From contig CBDCFW010000003.1 in assembly GCA_965216465.1 (NCBI GenBank), forward strand, positions 64,001 to 128,000: DNA of 64,000 nt, in the 5' to 3' direction. The stretch comes from Bacteroidia bacterium. Its GTDB lineage: Bacteria; Bacteroidota; Bacteroidia; NS11-12g; UBA9320. Below, in pieces: positions 37,856 through 48,030 of the stretch (position 1 is the stretch's first letter; each line of letters opens with the position of its first letter). The position numbers and the translations under genes were made by a program. The notes below the pieces were generated by a model. That model was given only the letters and a program-made list of their open reading frames with translations. It ran no database searches and had not been told where the DNA came from.

Positions 37856-39673
37856 ATGGATAGGACTACCACCATTGGTTACGTTTTAATCTTCTTTTTA
37901 TTCATAGGCTTTTTCTTTATGAGCCAAGAGAATAAAGAAGATATAGAAGCTCAAGCAAATCAAGCAGATACAACTGAAATTCAGGCACCTAGCGTTGCTG
38001 ATGTTGAAGACACAACGGTTAATTCAACTCAAGATTCTAATTCGGTAATTGCCTTAGAAGAAATTGAGGAGACGATTACCACAATTGGTAATGATTTAAT
38101 GGTGATTGACTTGACCAATAAAGGGGGAATTCCTTCTAAATTGGAGTTGACCGAATACCACCGATATGACTCATCTGACTTGATCTTGTTTGAAGATGGT
38201 CAAAATAGCTTTGACTACATAATTCCTCTAGTCAATGGAACAACTATTAATTCTACAGGACTAAACTTTGAAGCTACTGAGGTAGCGGAGAACGCTGTTA
38301 CATACATCGCGAATTTGCCTAATGGTGCGAAGTTTATTCAAAAATACGAGCTGGAAGATGGATCTTATATGGTCAACTACGATGTTCGATTTGAGAACAT
38401 TGACAAAATAATTGCTCCAAACAATCGCTATGCAACAGTTGAATGGAAAGGGGAGATACAGCCCCAAGAAAAGACTGTAAAAGATGAGCGAACTGCAACT
38501 ACGATTTATTATAAGTATGTTGCTGACGATGACGTAGATAACCTAAGTGAGGGTAAAGACGACGATGAGAAGCTTCAAGGAAACGTAAAGTGGATCTCGT
38601 TTAAACAGAAATTCTTTAATCAAACATTGATTCACGATGATGAGTTTGAAGAAGATGGAATCGTAATCGAAACTAAAGAAGATGAGAATGCGGATTACGT
38701 TAAAGATCTTTCTGCTAGCCTTTATTTAACACTTGACCAACCAATTGTTGAGCACCGAATGGCTTGGTACTATGGTCCAAACCATTACCAGACCTTAAAG
38801 AAACATGATGTTGAACTTCAACAAATGATTCCGCTAGGTTGGGGAATCTTCGGATGGGTTAACAAAATTGTTGTTATTCCAGTTTTTAACTGGTTAGAGC
38901 AATATTTTGATAGCTATGGGGTGATCATCCTACTGCTAACATTGATTATTAAGCTATCGCTGTTCTTCCCAATGTATAAAGTGTACAAGTCTACAGCGAA
39001 GATGAGATTGCTGAAACCTGAGCTCGACGAAATTAAGGAGAGAACAGGTGGTGACATGCAAAAGATGCAGCAAGAACAGATGAAGCTGTACAAGCAGGCA
39101 GGGGTTAGCCCTTTAGGAGGATGTTTACCGCAACTGGTTCAATTGCCAATTCTTTTTGCCATGTTCCGATTCTTCCCTTCATCTATTGAGTTAAGACAAG
39201 AAAAGCTATGGTGGGCAGATGACCTTTCTAGTTATGATAGCATTTTTGATTTTCCAAACGGATTTGAGATTCCGTTTTATGGTGACCACATCAGTTTATT
39301 TACCTTGATGATGACGGCTACGACCTTGTTCTATACGGTGATGAACAGTCAGACCAGTGGACAAATGGCTGGGCCAATGAAGACGGTGATGTACATCATG
39401 CCTATCATGTTCTTAGGTTTCTTTAATAACTATGCCGCGGCGTTGAGTTTTTATTACTTCCTTTCTACCTGTATAACCATCATTCAGAACTTCGTAATTA
39501 GAAAGTTTGTTATTGACGAAGATAAATTGCACAAGCAAATTCAAGATAGCAAGAAGAAGAAAGTAAAAATGAAGAAATCAGGTTTACAGAAAAGGTTAGA
39601 GGATATGGCTAAAAAGAGAGGCATCGATCCGTACACCGGTAAACCAAAAGGAAATCAGCCTAAGAAACGTTAG
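37856..39673 (+). CDS. yidC: Membrane protein insertase YidC
   Basis: N-terminal TM, large periplasmic domain, YYGPN, LGWGIFGW, YG..I.LLT..IK, GVSPLGGCLP...Q.P, WADDLS.YD, LSFYY. Confidence 0.97.
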   Translation: MDRTTTIGYVLIFFLFIGFFFMSQENKEDIEAQANQADTTEIQAPSVADVEDTTVNSTQDSNSVIALEEIEETITTIGNDLMVIDLTNKGGIPSKLELTEYHRYDSSDLILFEDGQNSFDYIIPLVNGTTINSTGLNFEATEVAENAVTYIANLPNGAKFIQKYELEDGSYMVNYDVRFENIDKIIAPNNRYATVEWKGEIQPQEKTVKDERTATTIYYKYVADDDVDNLSEGKDDDEKLQGNVKWISFKQKFFNQTLIHDDEFEEDGIVIETKEDENADYVKDLSASLYLTLDQPIVEHRMAWYYGPNHYQTLKKHDVELQQMIPLGWGIFGWVNKIVVIPVFNWLEQYFDSYGVIILLLTLIIKLSLFFPMYKVYKSTAKMRLLKPELDEIKERTGGDMQKMQQEQMKLYKQAGVSPLGGCLPQLVQLPILFAMFRFFPSSIELRQEKLWWADDLSSYDSIFDFPNGFEIPFYGDHISLFTLMMTATTLFYTVMNSQTSGQMAGPMKTVMYIMPIMFLGFFNNYAAALSFYYFLSTCITIIQNFVIRKFVIDEDKLHKQIQDSKKKKVKMKKSGLQKRLEDMAKKRGIDPYTGKPKGNQPKKR

Positions 39674-39881
39674 GTTGCTGAAAATTAAGCCAATACGTAG
39701 GTAACAGGAATCACTTGCGTATTGTAATCAGATTGTTATTTTCGTAGCGTATCTGCCACTTGAAGGCACTTAGGTTAGAAGTATGATTGGGTTTTCTAAA
39801 GTAAAAATTCATAAAAAGAATTGTAATGTTTCCGATTTTGGGAAAAATATTCTATTTTTGAAGTCTACTTACAATCTACTT

Positions 39882-40757
39882 ATGAAAAAATCACTACTAC
39901 TATTAACGATTTTTACGATTTCATTTGCTGCTCACGCTCAAACAGCGGGAGACTTTTACAAGCGTGCGGTTACTAAATACAAAGCAGGCGATTATGCAGG
40001 TGCTGCTGTTGAGTATACACGAGCAATTGAGATAAAAAAGAATTCTGCCGTTCTTCACAACAACAGAGGAGTTTGCTACTATCGAATTGAAAGATATTCA
40101 GAGGCTTTAGATGACTACAATTTGGCTATTGAGTTTGATGAATCTATGGCAGATGCCTATTACAACAAAGCAAACGTATTGCGTGATCTCATGCGAAACG
40201 AAGAAGCGTTGGTGGCTTACGACAAAGCCATTGAGCTTAAAGCAACGGATAAAAAATACTACCAAAATAGAGGAATGCTTCGTTCGACCATAGATGATGA
40301 TCTAGGGGCAATCGAAGATTTCTCCAAGGTTCTTGAACTTCGCCCCGGTGATGCTAAGGCTTATTACAACAGGGGTACTTCATACGTAAAGCTAGAAGAG
40401 TACAAGAACGCTAAGCTCGACTTTGACAAGGCTTTAAGTCTAAACCCAAACTACTACAAAGCATTGATCAACCGAGGAATTTGCAACGTTCAATTAGACG
40501 AAACTGGCGAAGCAAAAGCCGATTTCAACTTGGCTATTCAATTAAGTCCAAGCGATGGAGAAGGTTACTACTACCGAGCTTTGGCTACCATTAATGATCT
40601 AAACACCATTAAAAAGGAGTTCAAGGACAAGAAAAACCTCAATCTTATTCAAGAAAATGTTTATGCGATGAAATCAGCTTGTTCTGATTTTGAAAAGGCA
40701 AAGAGCTTTGAGTATTCGCGCTCTTACGACGCAATCAAAGAATATTGCAAAGACTAG
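39882..40757 (+). CDS. Secreted tetratricopeptide-repeat protein
   Basis: Signal peptide MKKSLLLLTIFTISFAAHAQ and about 7 TPRs (Y.NRG.....A..D...A..L.P). Confidence 0.88.
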   Translation: MKKSLLLLTIFTISFAAHAQTAGDFYKRAVTKYKAGDYAGAAVEYTRAIEIKKNSAVLHNNRGVCYYRIERYSEALDDYNLAIEFDESMADAYYNKANVLRDLMRNEEALVAYDKAIELKATDKKYYQNRGMLRSTIDDDLGAIEDFSKVLELRPGDAKAYYNRGTSYVKLEEYKNAKLDFDKALSLNPNYYKALINRGICNVQLDETGEAKADFNLAIQLSPSDGEGYYYRALATINDLNTIKKEFKDKKNLNLIQENVYAMKSACSDFEKAKSFEYSRSYDAIKEYCKD

Positions 40758-40762
40758 TTCAG

Positions 40763-41986
40763 TTACAATCCAGCTAACAAGAACTCAATTTCTCTGTTTG
40801 GAATACTAAACCGTTCTGATAACACGTCATTGGTTAATTTTCCTTTGTAGATATAGGTACCTTGTCTTAATCCTTGGTGGTTTCTTAAGCACTCATCAAG
40901 ACCTCCATCATCTGCAATCTGTTGCAGAAGGGGAGTAAAGATGTTACTCAAGGCATAGCTTGAAGTTCTAGAGAATCGAGATGGGATGTTTGGTACACAA
41001 TAATGAAGTACACCATATTTCTCGTATACAGGCATTTTGTGATTTGTTGCTTCAGATGTCTCAAAACAACCTCCTTGGTCAATGCTGATATCAACAATAA
41101 TTGATTTTTCACGCATATTTTCGACCATACTCTCGCTTACTACACATGGACTAAGTCCAATGGGACTTCTTAAGGCTCCGATTGCGACATCACAATCAGC
41201 AAGTGAGCTTTCTAAGATCTTGGGTATCAGTGTGGAAGAGTGAATTTGATTTCCGATATTATGCTCTAGTCTTCTTAATTTTTCGATTGAATTATCAAAA
41301 ACCTTAACCGACGCGCCAAGACCAATAGCAGCACGAGTAGCATATTCACCAACCGCACCCGCCCCAATAATCACAATTTGAGTAGGTTGAATGCCTGGTA
41401 TGCCACCAAATAGCTCACCTTTTCCTGAATTGTAATTACTTAAGTATTCAGCAGCAATTAATATTGACGCTCTCCCAGCAATTTCGCTCATCGATCTGAT
41501 AATGGGCAATAAGCCTTCGTCGTTACGCAAAAATTCGTACCCGACAGCAGAAATGTTCTTAGACATCAGCTTTTTTATCGTTTCTGGCTTCGTTCTAACA
41601 AGCTGAATGGCGCTGATAAGCAGTTGGTTAGGTTTCATAAAGTCAATCTCCTCATCGGTAGGGGGAGCGACTTTAAGCACAATATCTGCATCGTATACAT
41701 CTTTCTTGTCGTACGTAATTTGTCCACCAACTTTACTGTAATCGTGGTCTGAAAAGTTAGCTTTATCGCCACATGTCGACTCAATTTTAATGGTGTGACC
41801 ATTTTGCGTAAGCAGCTGCACAGCCATTGGAGACAGGGGTACTCGGTGTTCTTGAAACGTAGTTTCTTTCGGTATTCCGATTGTTAGTGTATTATTGCTC
41901 TTTTTTATGGCCAGAAGTTTCTCCTGTGGAAGTAAGCTGGCCTGTTTAGCCAATTCTTCAAAAGATGGATTGGAAACGTTACTCAT
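40763..41986 (-). CDS. ald: Alanine dehydrogenase (AlaDH/PNT family)
   Basis: IGIPKE...EHRVPLSP, MSEIAGR, IIGAGAVG, IVDISIDQGGCFETS, HYCVPNIP. Confidence 0.9.
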   Translation of the reverse strand: MSNVSNPSFEELAKQASLLPQEKLLAIKKSNNTLTIGIPKETTFQEHRVPLSPMAVQLLTQNGHTIKIESTCGDKANFSDHDYSKVGGQITYDKKDVYDADIVLKVAPPTDEEIDFMKPNQLLISAIQLVRTKPETIKKLMSKNISAVGYEFLRNDEGLLPIIRSMSEIAGRASILIAAEYLSNYNSGKGELFGGIPGIQPTQIVIIGAGAVGEYATRAAIGLGASVKVFDNSIEKLRRLEHNIGNQIHSSTLIPKILESSLADCDVAIGALRSPIGLSPCVVSESMVENMREKSIIVDISIDQGGCFETSEATNHKMPVYEKYGVLHYCVPNIPSRFSRTSSYALSNIFTPLLQQIADDGGLDECLRNHQGLRQGTYIYKGKLTNDVLSERFSIPNREIEFLLAGL

Positions 41987-42097
41987 ATGCAATATTTATA
42001 TGCAATATACAGTTATTTTATACAAAAATGAACACATTAACGTTATGTTAGTAAAGCATTTACTATTGCTAAATTAAGTTAACTTTATTTGTACATA

Positions 42098-43327
42098 ATG
42101 AATAAAAGGAAAATACTACATCTATTACTTTGTCTACCACTAGGAGTACTTGCAACGGAGAACGACTCTCTGAAGGTCAAGGATTTGCAGGCTAGTGCAA
42201 GGCCTATTGCGACCAGCATCAGTACCTCAGAAACACCAAATCTTGTTGGTGATGTCGAAGCTACCCGATATTCATTTGAAATTGTTGAATTTGATTCCAA
42301 TCAAATTCCATTGACTGAAGCACAGTACTTAGAGCAAGTTGGTACCTTAGAATTTGAGGTTCCAATGGATTACAATCGCTATGTTAAGCGTCAAATCAAT
42401 TATTTTGGCACCCGTTGGCAAGAAAAACTAAAAACAGTAGTTTCTAGATCAGAGTATTACTTTCCTATATATGAAGAAATTCTTGATCAGCATAACATGC
42501 CGCTTGAGCTCAAATACTTGTCAATAATTGAATCAGGGCTTAATCCTTTTGCTCGTTCAAGATCTGGAGCTGTTGGTCCATGGCAGTTTATGCCAGCAAC
42601 AGGTAGAATATTTCATTTAGACAATAATTACAAAATTGATGAAAGACGTTCAATAGAGAAAAGTACCAATGCAGCCTGTGAATATTTAAAGCAGATGTAT
42701 GCCATGTTTGGAGATTGGCACGTAGCGTTGGCATCGTATAATTGCGGTCCAGGTAACGTGAGAAAAGCAATAAGACGCTCTGGTCGTAAGGATTTCTGGG
42801 GAATGTATCACTATCTGCCAAGAGAAACTCAGAATTATGTGCCTAAATTCATTGCGATGGCTTATATCATGAATTTCTACGACACCTATGGTATTACTCC
42901 AGCTCCTATAAATGATTATCAGTACTGCGTTGAGCAAGTTTATTGCAAAGAAGGAATTGAATTTTCAGTTGTTGCAGAACAATTGGGCATGACTTCAAAA
43001 GATCTTTTACTCTTCAATCCTGAACTAAAAATTGCTCATATCCCTTTTGAAAATGGAGGTTATATGCTCACAGTACCCGCTGATAAAGCAATGCTTTACT
43101 ACAATAATCAAAGTGAAATAATATCTTTGTCTGTAATAGCTGCTGAAGAAAGAAAGCGAGAGGAAGCTTTAAGACCGAAGGTAGTGTACCACACCGTTAA
43201 GAAAGGGGAGTGTTTGCCAATTATAGCTAGAAAGCATGGCTGTACAGTATCTCAGCTTAAATCTTGGAATGGGATAAGAGGTAGCTTAATTTACCCCAAC
43301 CAGAAGATTAAAATTATTAAGAGCTGA
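42098..43327 (+). CDS. mltD: MltD-like lytic murein transglycosylase (SLT + LysM)
   Basis: LSIIESGLNP.ARS.SGAVGPWQFMPATG, ASYNCGPG, LPRETQNYVPKF, and C-terminal LysM HTVKKGE.L..IARKHG.TV..LK.WN. Confidence 0.88.
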   Translation: MNKRKILHLLLCLPLGVLATENDSLKVKDLQASARPIATSISTSETPNLVGDVEATRYSFEIVEFDSNQIPLTEAQYLEQVGTLEFEVPMDYNRYVKRQINYFGTRWQEKLKTVVSRSEYYFPIYEEILDQHNMPLELKYLSIIESGLNPFARSRSGAVGPWQFMPATGRIFHLDNNYKIDERRSIEKSTNAACEYLKQMYAMFGDWHVALASYNCGPGNVRKAIRRSGRKDFWGMYHYLPRETQNYVPKFIAMAYIMNFYDTYGITPAPINDYQYCVEQVYCKEGIEFSVVAEQLGMTSKDLLLFNPELKIAHIPFENGGYMLTVPADKAMLYYNNQSEIISLSVIAAEERKREEALRPKVVYHTVKKGECLPIIARKHGCTVSQLKSWNGIRGSLIYPNQKIKIIKS

Positions 43328-43329
43328 AA

Positions 43330-44394
43330 TTGAAAATATTTGCGAAAACCTTATTACTAGTAGTCTTATTTGGTGCTTGTAAAGAGACCAATAAGTCAAG
43401 AGAAGAACTTCTACCAGCATCATCAGGAGTCTTAGGAGAATTGGTGGTGATATCAGATTTAAAAAGCTTAGATAGTTCGTATAAACAGCTCATTAAGAGT
43501 GTTTTCGGAACTAAATTGGCAGGATTTCCACCTCCTGGAGAATCATCATTTAAAGTTTTATTTACCGACGAAACCTATTTCAAAGGTTACTTTAAAGAGC
43601 ACCACAATGTTTTTGTGCTTCTTACCAATGAGAACCTCAATCGTATGGTAGAAACCTATGGAGAATCTAACAAAGCCAAGGTTAAAGATATTATCGCTAA
43701 AGAAGAAGCCTTGGGTTGGAAACAGAAAAACTTATGGGCTCGAAAACAAAATGTATTTTACATTACAGCGGGCTCAAAAGAAGCTATGAAGGAAAAGCTT
43801 GTTAATCGTAAGCAGGATATTTTAGATATAGCTTTCGAACATGAAATTCAGACTGGAACGAAAAAAATATATAAAAAGGCGGCTAGCTCAGATTCCTTTT
43901 ACAACCAAACTTTAAGAAGCAAAGGATATGCGGTTAGAAAACCTTCTGATTATCGTGTTGCTATTGACAAAGAAAACTTTACTTGGCTTAGAAAATCACC
44001 TGCAAGTAGAGAGCAAGAATTTGGTGTTTTGTTGTTCGATGTGCCGTATACTTCTGAAGATCAGCTAGAAACAGAAAATATCATTGCGATCCGAAACAGT
44101 TTTACAAAAGAGCACATTCCTGGAGAATACGAAGGGTCATATATGAAATATAGTGAACAATTTGCCCCAGAACGAAGAGATGTCAGTTTCAAAAAGCGAT
44201 TCTGTGCAGACATTCGAGGTTGGTGGGATATGGAAGTTGATTTTATGGGAGGACCATCCATTATCAAGGCAGTTGTAGATGAGAAAAGCAAGCGAATCAT
44301 ATTCGCTGAAGGATTTCTTTTTTATCCAAACGAGAAGAAATCTATTCCGATGCGTGAGCTTGATCTAATTCTTAATTCGCTAACGATTCAATAA
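43330..44394 (+). CDS. DUF4837-family lipoprotein
   Basis: Lipobox FGAC, LP.SSG..GEL, RGWW.M..DFMGGP, EGFLFYP..KK...MREL. Position downstream of mltD is typical. Confidence 0.8.
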   Translation: MKIFAKTLLLVVLFGACKETNKSREELLPASSGVLGELVVISDLKSLDSSYKQLIKSVFGTKLAGFPPPGESSFKVLFTDETYFKGYFKEHHNVFVLLTNENLNRMVETYGESNKAKVKDIIAKEEALGWKQKNLWARKQNVFYITAGSKEAMKEKLVNRKQDILDIAFEHEIQTGTKKIYKKAASSDSFYNQTLRSKGYAVRKPSDYRVAIDKENFTWLRKSPASREQEFGVLLFDVPYTSEDQLETENIIAIRNSFTKEHIPGEYEGSYMKYSEQFAPERRDVSFKKRFCADIRGWWDMEVDFMGGPSIIKAVVDEKSKRIIFAEGFLFYPNEKKSIPMRELDLILNSLTIQ

Positions 44395-44969
44395 TGATTA
44401 ACGTTGAAATTTGGGCATCAGGAACAGGAACCAATGCCGATGCGATATTCAAGCACTTTGCAAATCATGAAACAATAAATATTAGCTCTCTAGGGTGCAA
44501 TCGCAAGGCAGCACTTGCTTTTGAGGTTGCCAAACGGCACGGTAAACCAAGCTATTATTTTCACAAAGACGAATGGAATGCTGATGCTATCTTAAACGGT
44601 CTTTCTGAGAGAAACATTCACTTTATCGTGTTAGCTGGCTTTCTTAAACTCGTGCCTCACGAGGTTACCCAAGCGTTTCAAGGCAGAATTGTAAATGTAC
44701 ATCCCAGCTTGTTGCCTAAATATGGTGGAAAGGATTTTTATGGAGAGCACGTGCATAAAGCAGTCTTGGCGAATAAAGAATCGTATTCAGGAATCACCAT
44801 TCATGAAGTAAATGAAGAGTTTGACAAAGGAAAGATGTTAGCTCAGTTTTCTACCAAACTTTCAGATAATGAGACGTTAGATGGCATAAAATCTAAAATT
44901 CATCAACTCGAGCAAGCGAACTTTGCTCCAACTATAGAGGCCTGGATTAAATCGAAAGCTACTCAATAA
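44394..44969 (+). CDS. purN: Phosphoribosylglycinamide formyltransferase
   Basis: ASGTGTNA, IVLAGFL, NVHPSLLPKYGG, SGITIHEVNEEFDKG. Confidence 0.93.
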   Translation: MINVEIWASGTGTNADAIFKHFANHETINISSLGCNRKAALAFEVAKRHGKPSYYFHKDEWNADAILNGLSERNIHFIVLAGFLKLVPHEVTQAFQGRIVNVHPSLLPKYGGKDFYGEHVHKAVLANKESYSGITIHEVNEEFDKGKMLAQFSTKLSDNETLDGIKSKIHQLEQANFAPTIEAWIKSKATQ

Positions 44970-46869
44970 TTTTAAACTCCGTTCTACGGTTTTTAGCTCT
45001 TCCTTTCTTGGAATCATTTGAAGCGATAGGGTAGGTATCCCCATATCCCGCATATTTTAGCCTCGATTCATCGATGCCTTCATTAATTAGATAGTCATAA
45101 ACTGCCTTAGCCCTATTCTCAGACAGCTTTTGATTGTGATCTGAGCTACCAATATTATCTGTATGTCCGCTGATTTCAATTGATACCGCAGCATTGTTGG
45201 TTAAGAACACAAACAGTCTGTTGAGCTCTGTTTCACTTTCTGGATTTAGATCGTACTTGTCGGTATCGAAGAAAAGATTCTTCATTACGATTCCTTTTCC
45301 TATTTCTACAGGATGAAGATCAATAATTAATTCAAAAGGCTTATCAGTGGCCACATTGGGCATATCAAAATGCTCCGAATGAAAGAGATAACCTGGCTTT
45401 TCGATATTTAGTCCGTATTGTTTATTGGCTGCCAATGCCACGAGGAATTGGCCAGTTTTTGCAGGAGCTAAAACTCGTGTTTGGTCTCCACCTTCAATAG
45501 GTGTTAGAGTAACGGCTGCACTTAATAGTTTCTTTGTCTTGGCATCTCGAATTGTACCTCTAACATAGCTTACGCGTTGAGCTTGCTTGTCTTCAGGTAA
45601 TTGAAAAGAGTACAGATCCATTCCGCCTCTTCCATCGTTGTTTTTATCGGAGCTGTAGTAAGCAGTTTTACCATCGCGAGCAACAATCAGGTTCCAATCT
45701 TCTCCAAATGTATTAATCGGGTAACCCAGATTTACAGGGTGTCCCCAAGAGTTATCTGGTTTACGGTGGGTAACAAATAAATCGCTTTTACCTAGCCCTG
45801 GGTGGCCTTCAGAACTGAAATAAAGCGTTACACCATCTGAGTGTATAAACGGAAATTGTTCGTCTCCTGAAGTATTAATCGTAGGTCCAAGGTTAACAGG
45901 TTCTTCCCATCCTTTGTCTCCAAATCGAGCAACCCATATGTCTGTACCTCCGTATCCACCAGAACGGTCACTAGTAAAGTAGAGTTCTTTACCATTTGAG
46001 GAGATTGATGGTTGAGATTCCCAGCTTTTAGAATTGACGGGCATGCCCAAATTCTTTGGTTCAGTCCATCTACCATTCTTATTCATGGTTAACCAAATAT
46101 CACACTGGCCAATGCCTCCCGACCTGCTGCATGACGTAAAAAAGATATACTGACCGTCAGACGAAACGCTAAAAGCACCCTCATTCTCAACAGTATTGAT
46201 TGGGGAACCGATGTTTTGTGCTTTGCTCCATTCTCCATTTTTTTTGGTCGAAAAATAGATATCTTCATTCTGAACACTAGGATCTCTGAACGTAAAGAAA
46301 ATGGTCGATTCGTCAATCGTTAACGCAGGCGAGTACTGTTCTAAGTTTGAGTTGATATTGTCTCCAAGGTTAATTGGGGTAATATCTACAGGATTTTGAA
46401 GTGCATATTCTGTAAAATCCAGATTATTCAATCGGCGTCTAATTCGATCCGTGTTTTCATCTTTGGCCCCAGAATTTGCTTTTAAAAAATAGTTGTAGAA
46501 ATGACGAGCCGAGTCTATTTGCTTGTTGCGGTGATAAAGACCTCCGAGTTCATACAGTGCATAGTAGTGATTTTGATCAAGCATCAAAATAGATCGATAA
46601 CGTTGAATAGCTAACTTATCTTTCTTCTGAGTCTGGTAGAGCTTAGCTAAACCGTCGTGAGCATCAATAAATCCAGGATATTTTTTTATCAGTTGGAGAT
46701 AAATCTTTTCAGCTTCTTCAAAGTTTCTGTACAAATAAGCATCGTAAGCCTCATTAAACTTTACAATAGCTTTTTTTGGTACAGATACTTGGGCTAGACT
46801 TTGTAGCGAAACGACCAAAAGCAGCCCCACCATGATTATTTTATTATTTCTCATTAATCGATTTATCAT
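44959..46869 (-). CDS. PorE-like OmpA-family protein (TPR + PD40 propeller + carboxypeptidase-regulatory-like + OmpA_C)
   Basis: TPRs, repeated NLG..INT..E..P...DG..LYF.S.R.GG.G..DI, and IEISGHTD..GS...N..LSENRA..V...GRAKNRRTEF. Alternative start at 46854. Confidence 0.92.
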   Translation of the reverse strand: MINRLMRNNKIIMVGLLLVVSLQSLAQVSVPKKAIVKFNEAYDAYLYRNFEEAEKIYLQLIKKYPGFIDAHDGLAKLYQTQKKDKLAIQRYRSILMLDQNHYYALYELGGLYHRNKQIDSARHFYNYFLKANSGAKDENTDRIRRRLNNLDFTEYALQNPVDITPINLGDNINSNLEQYSPALTIDESTIFFTFRDPSVQNEDIYFSTKKNGEWSKAQNIGSPINTVENEGAFSVSSDGQYIFFTSCSRSGGIGQCDIWLTMNKNGRWTEPKNLGMPVNSKSWESQPSISSNGKELYFTSDRSGGYGGTDIWVARFGDKGWEEPVNLGPTINTSGDEQFPFIHSDGVTLYFSSEGHPGLGKSDLFVTHRKPDNSWGHPVNLGYPINTFGEDWNLIVARDGKTAYYSSDKNNDGRGGMDLYSFQLPEDKQAQRVSYVRGTIRDAKTKKLLSAAVTLTPIEGGDQTRVLAPAKTGQFLVALAANKQYGLNIEKPGYLFHSEHFDMPNVATDKPFELIIDLHPVEIGKGIVMKNLFFDTDKYDLNPESETELNRLFVFLTNNAAVSIEISGHTDNIGSSDHNQKLSENRAKAVYDYLINEGIDESRLKYAGYGDTYPIASNDSKKGRAKNRRTEFKIIE

Positions 46870-47350
46870 ACTCCAATACTTTTAAATCAAAAATTTTGCC
46901 ATTTTCTAAATTGAATCGCATCATAGTTCTTTTTTTATGAAAGCCTTTGTTTCCAATAGCTCCAGGGTTGAGGTGAAGAAGGTTTAATGCTTTGTCCTTC
47001 ACCACCTTACAAATGTGAGAGTGTCCACTAATAAAGAGATCGGGTCTAATTTTTAGCAATTTTTCTTTAATCCCTTTTTCATATTTACCCGGATAACCTC
47101 CAATATGTGTCATAAATATGGTCATCCCTTCGAGTTCAAAATGAATTTCTTTAGGGAACTGCTTTCTTACAACGATGCCATCAATATTTCCGTATACTCC
47201 ACGCAAGATTCCAATATTCTTGAGCTTCACATCGATTTCGTTATGTCCCCAATCGCCCGCGTGCCAAATCTCATCGCATTCGTTGGCATGTTTTGCCATT
47301 TCTTCACCAAAATAGCCATGAGTATCAGATAATAACAGAATTTTTTTGAT
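46844..47350 (-). CDS. YfcE/MJ0936-family metallophosphoesterase (non-canonical start)
   Basis: (I)KKILLLSDTHG, IWHAGD, GVYGNID, MTHIGG, SGHSH, LNPGA. The first metal motif DTH lies upstream of the ORF-track ATG, so the CDS extends to ATC 47350. Confidence 0.85.
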   Translation of the reverse strand: MKKILLLSDTHGYFGEEMAKHANECDEIWHAGDWGHNEIDVKLKNIGILRGVYGNIDGIVVRKQFPKEIHFELEGMTIFMTHIGGYPGKYEKGIKEKLLKIRPDLFISGHSHICKVVKDKALNLLHLNPGAIGNKGFHKKRTMMRFNLENGKIFDLKVLEYDKSINEK

Positions 47351-47408
47351 GGTGTAAAAATAGATTAAAGCCTATTATTTTGGGATTTATGTGCGAAATT
47401 TGTTCTCA

Positions 47409-48023
47409 ATGAGTATTACGGTATTACTGCTGATATCGATTGGCTTAGTGAGCTATTTGTGTTTTAGTAATGAAAAGTTGTTTAATCAACTGTTATTTAG
47501 TCCCTATGTGATTATTCGTGAGAAGGAGTGGTTTAGGTTCATAACCGGTGCTTGGGTACACTCTGGACTCTGGCATTTGGCCATAAACCTCTTTGTACTT
47601 TACATGTTTGGAGAAACCATTGAGTACTATATGGTGCATTGGTTTGGAAACATAGGACGCTTTTACTTTCTCGTGCTCTTTTTAGCTTCCGTAATTATTG
47701 CTCATATACCGACCTATTTTAAAGAGAAAGACAACTATTACTACGCGTCGGTTGGAGCTTCTGGTGGTGTTTCAGGAGTATTGTTTGCAAGCATACTTTT
47801 AGACCCCCTTAGGTTATTGGATATCTTTGGACTCATTCCTATCCCGGGAATTGTATTTGGAGTGATCTACCTGATTTATTCGAACCGCATGGCCCAACAA
47901 TCAAGAGATAATATAAACCACGACGCTCATTTTTATGGTGCGATAGGAGGGATGCTGGTTCTAATAATAATGCAACCAAAGACCATTACTAATTTCTTAG
48001 AGCAGATAACGTCTGTATTTTAG
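47409..48023 (+). CDS. Rhomboid-family intramembrane serine protease
   Basis: EW.RFIT..W.H...HL..N, catalytic GASG, and AHFYGA. Confidence 0.93.
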   Translation: MSITVLLLISIGLVSYLCFSNEKLFNQLLFSPYVIIREKEWFRFITGAWVHSGLWHLAINLFVLYMFGETIEYYMVHWFGNIGRFYFLVLFLASVIIAHIPTYFKEKDNYYYASVGASGGVSGVLFASILLDPLRLLDIFGLIPIPGIVFGVIYLIYSNRMAQQSRDNINHDAHFYGAIGGMLVLIIMQPKTITNFLEQITSVF

Positions 48024-48030
48024 CTAAATT

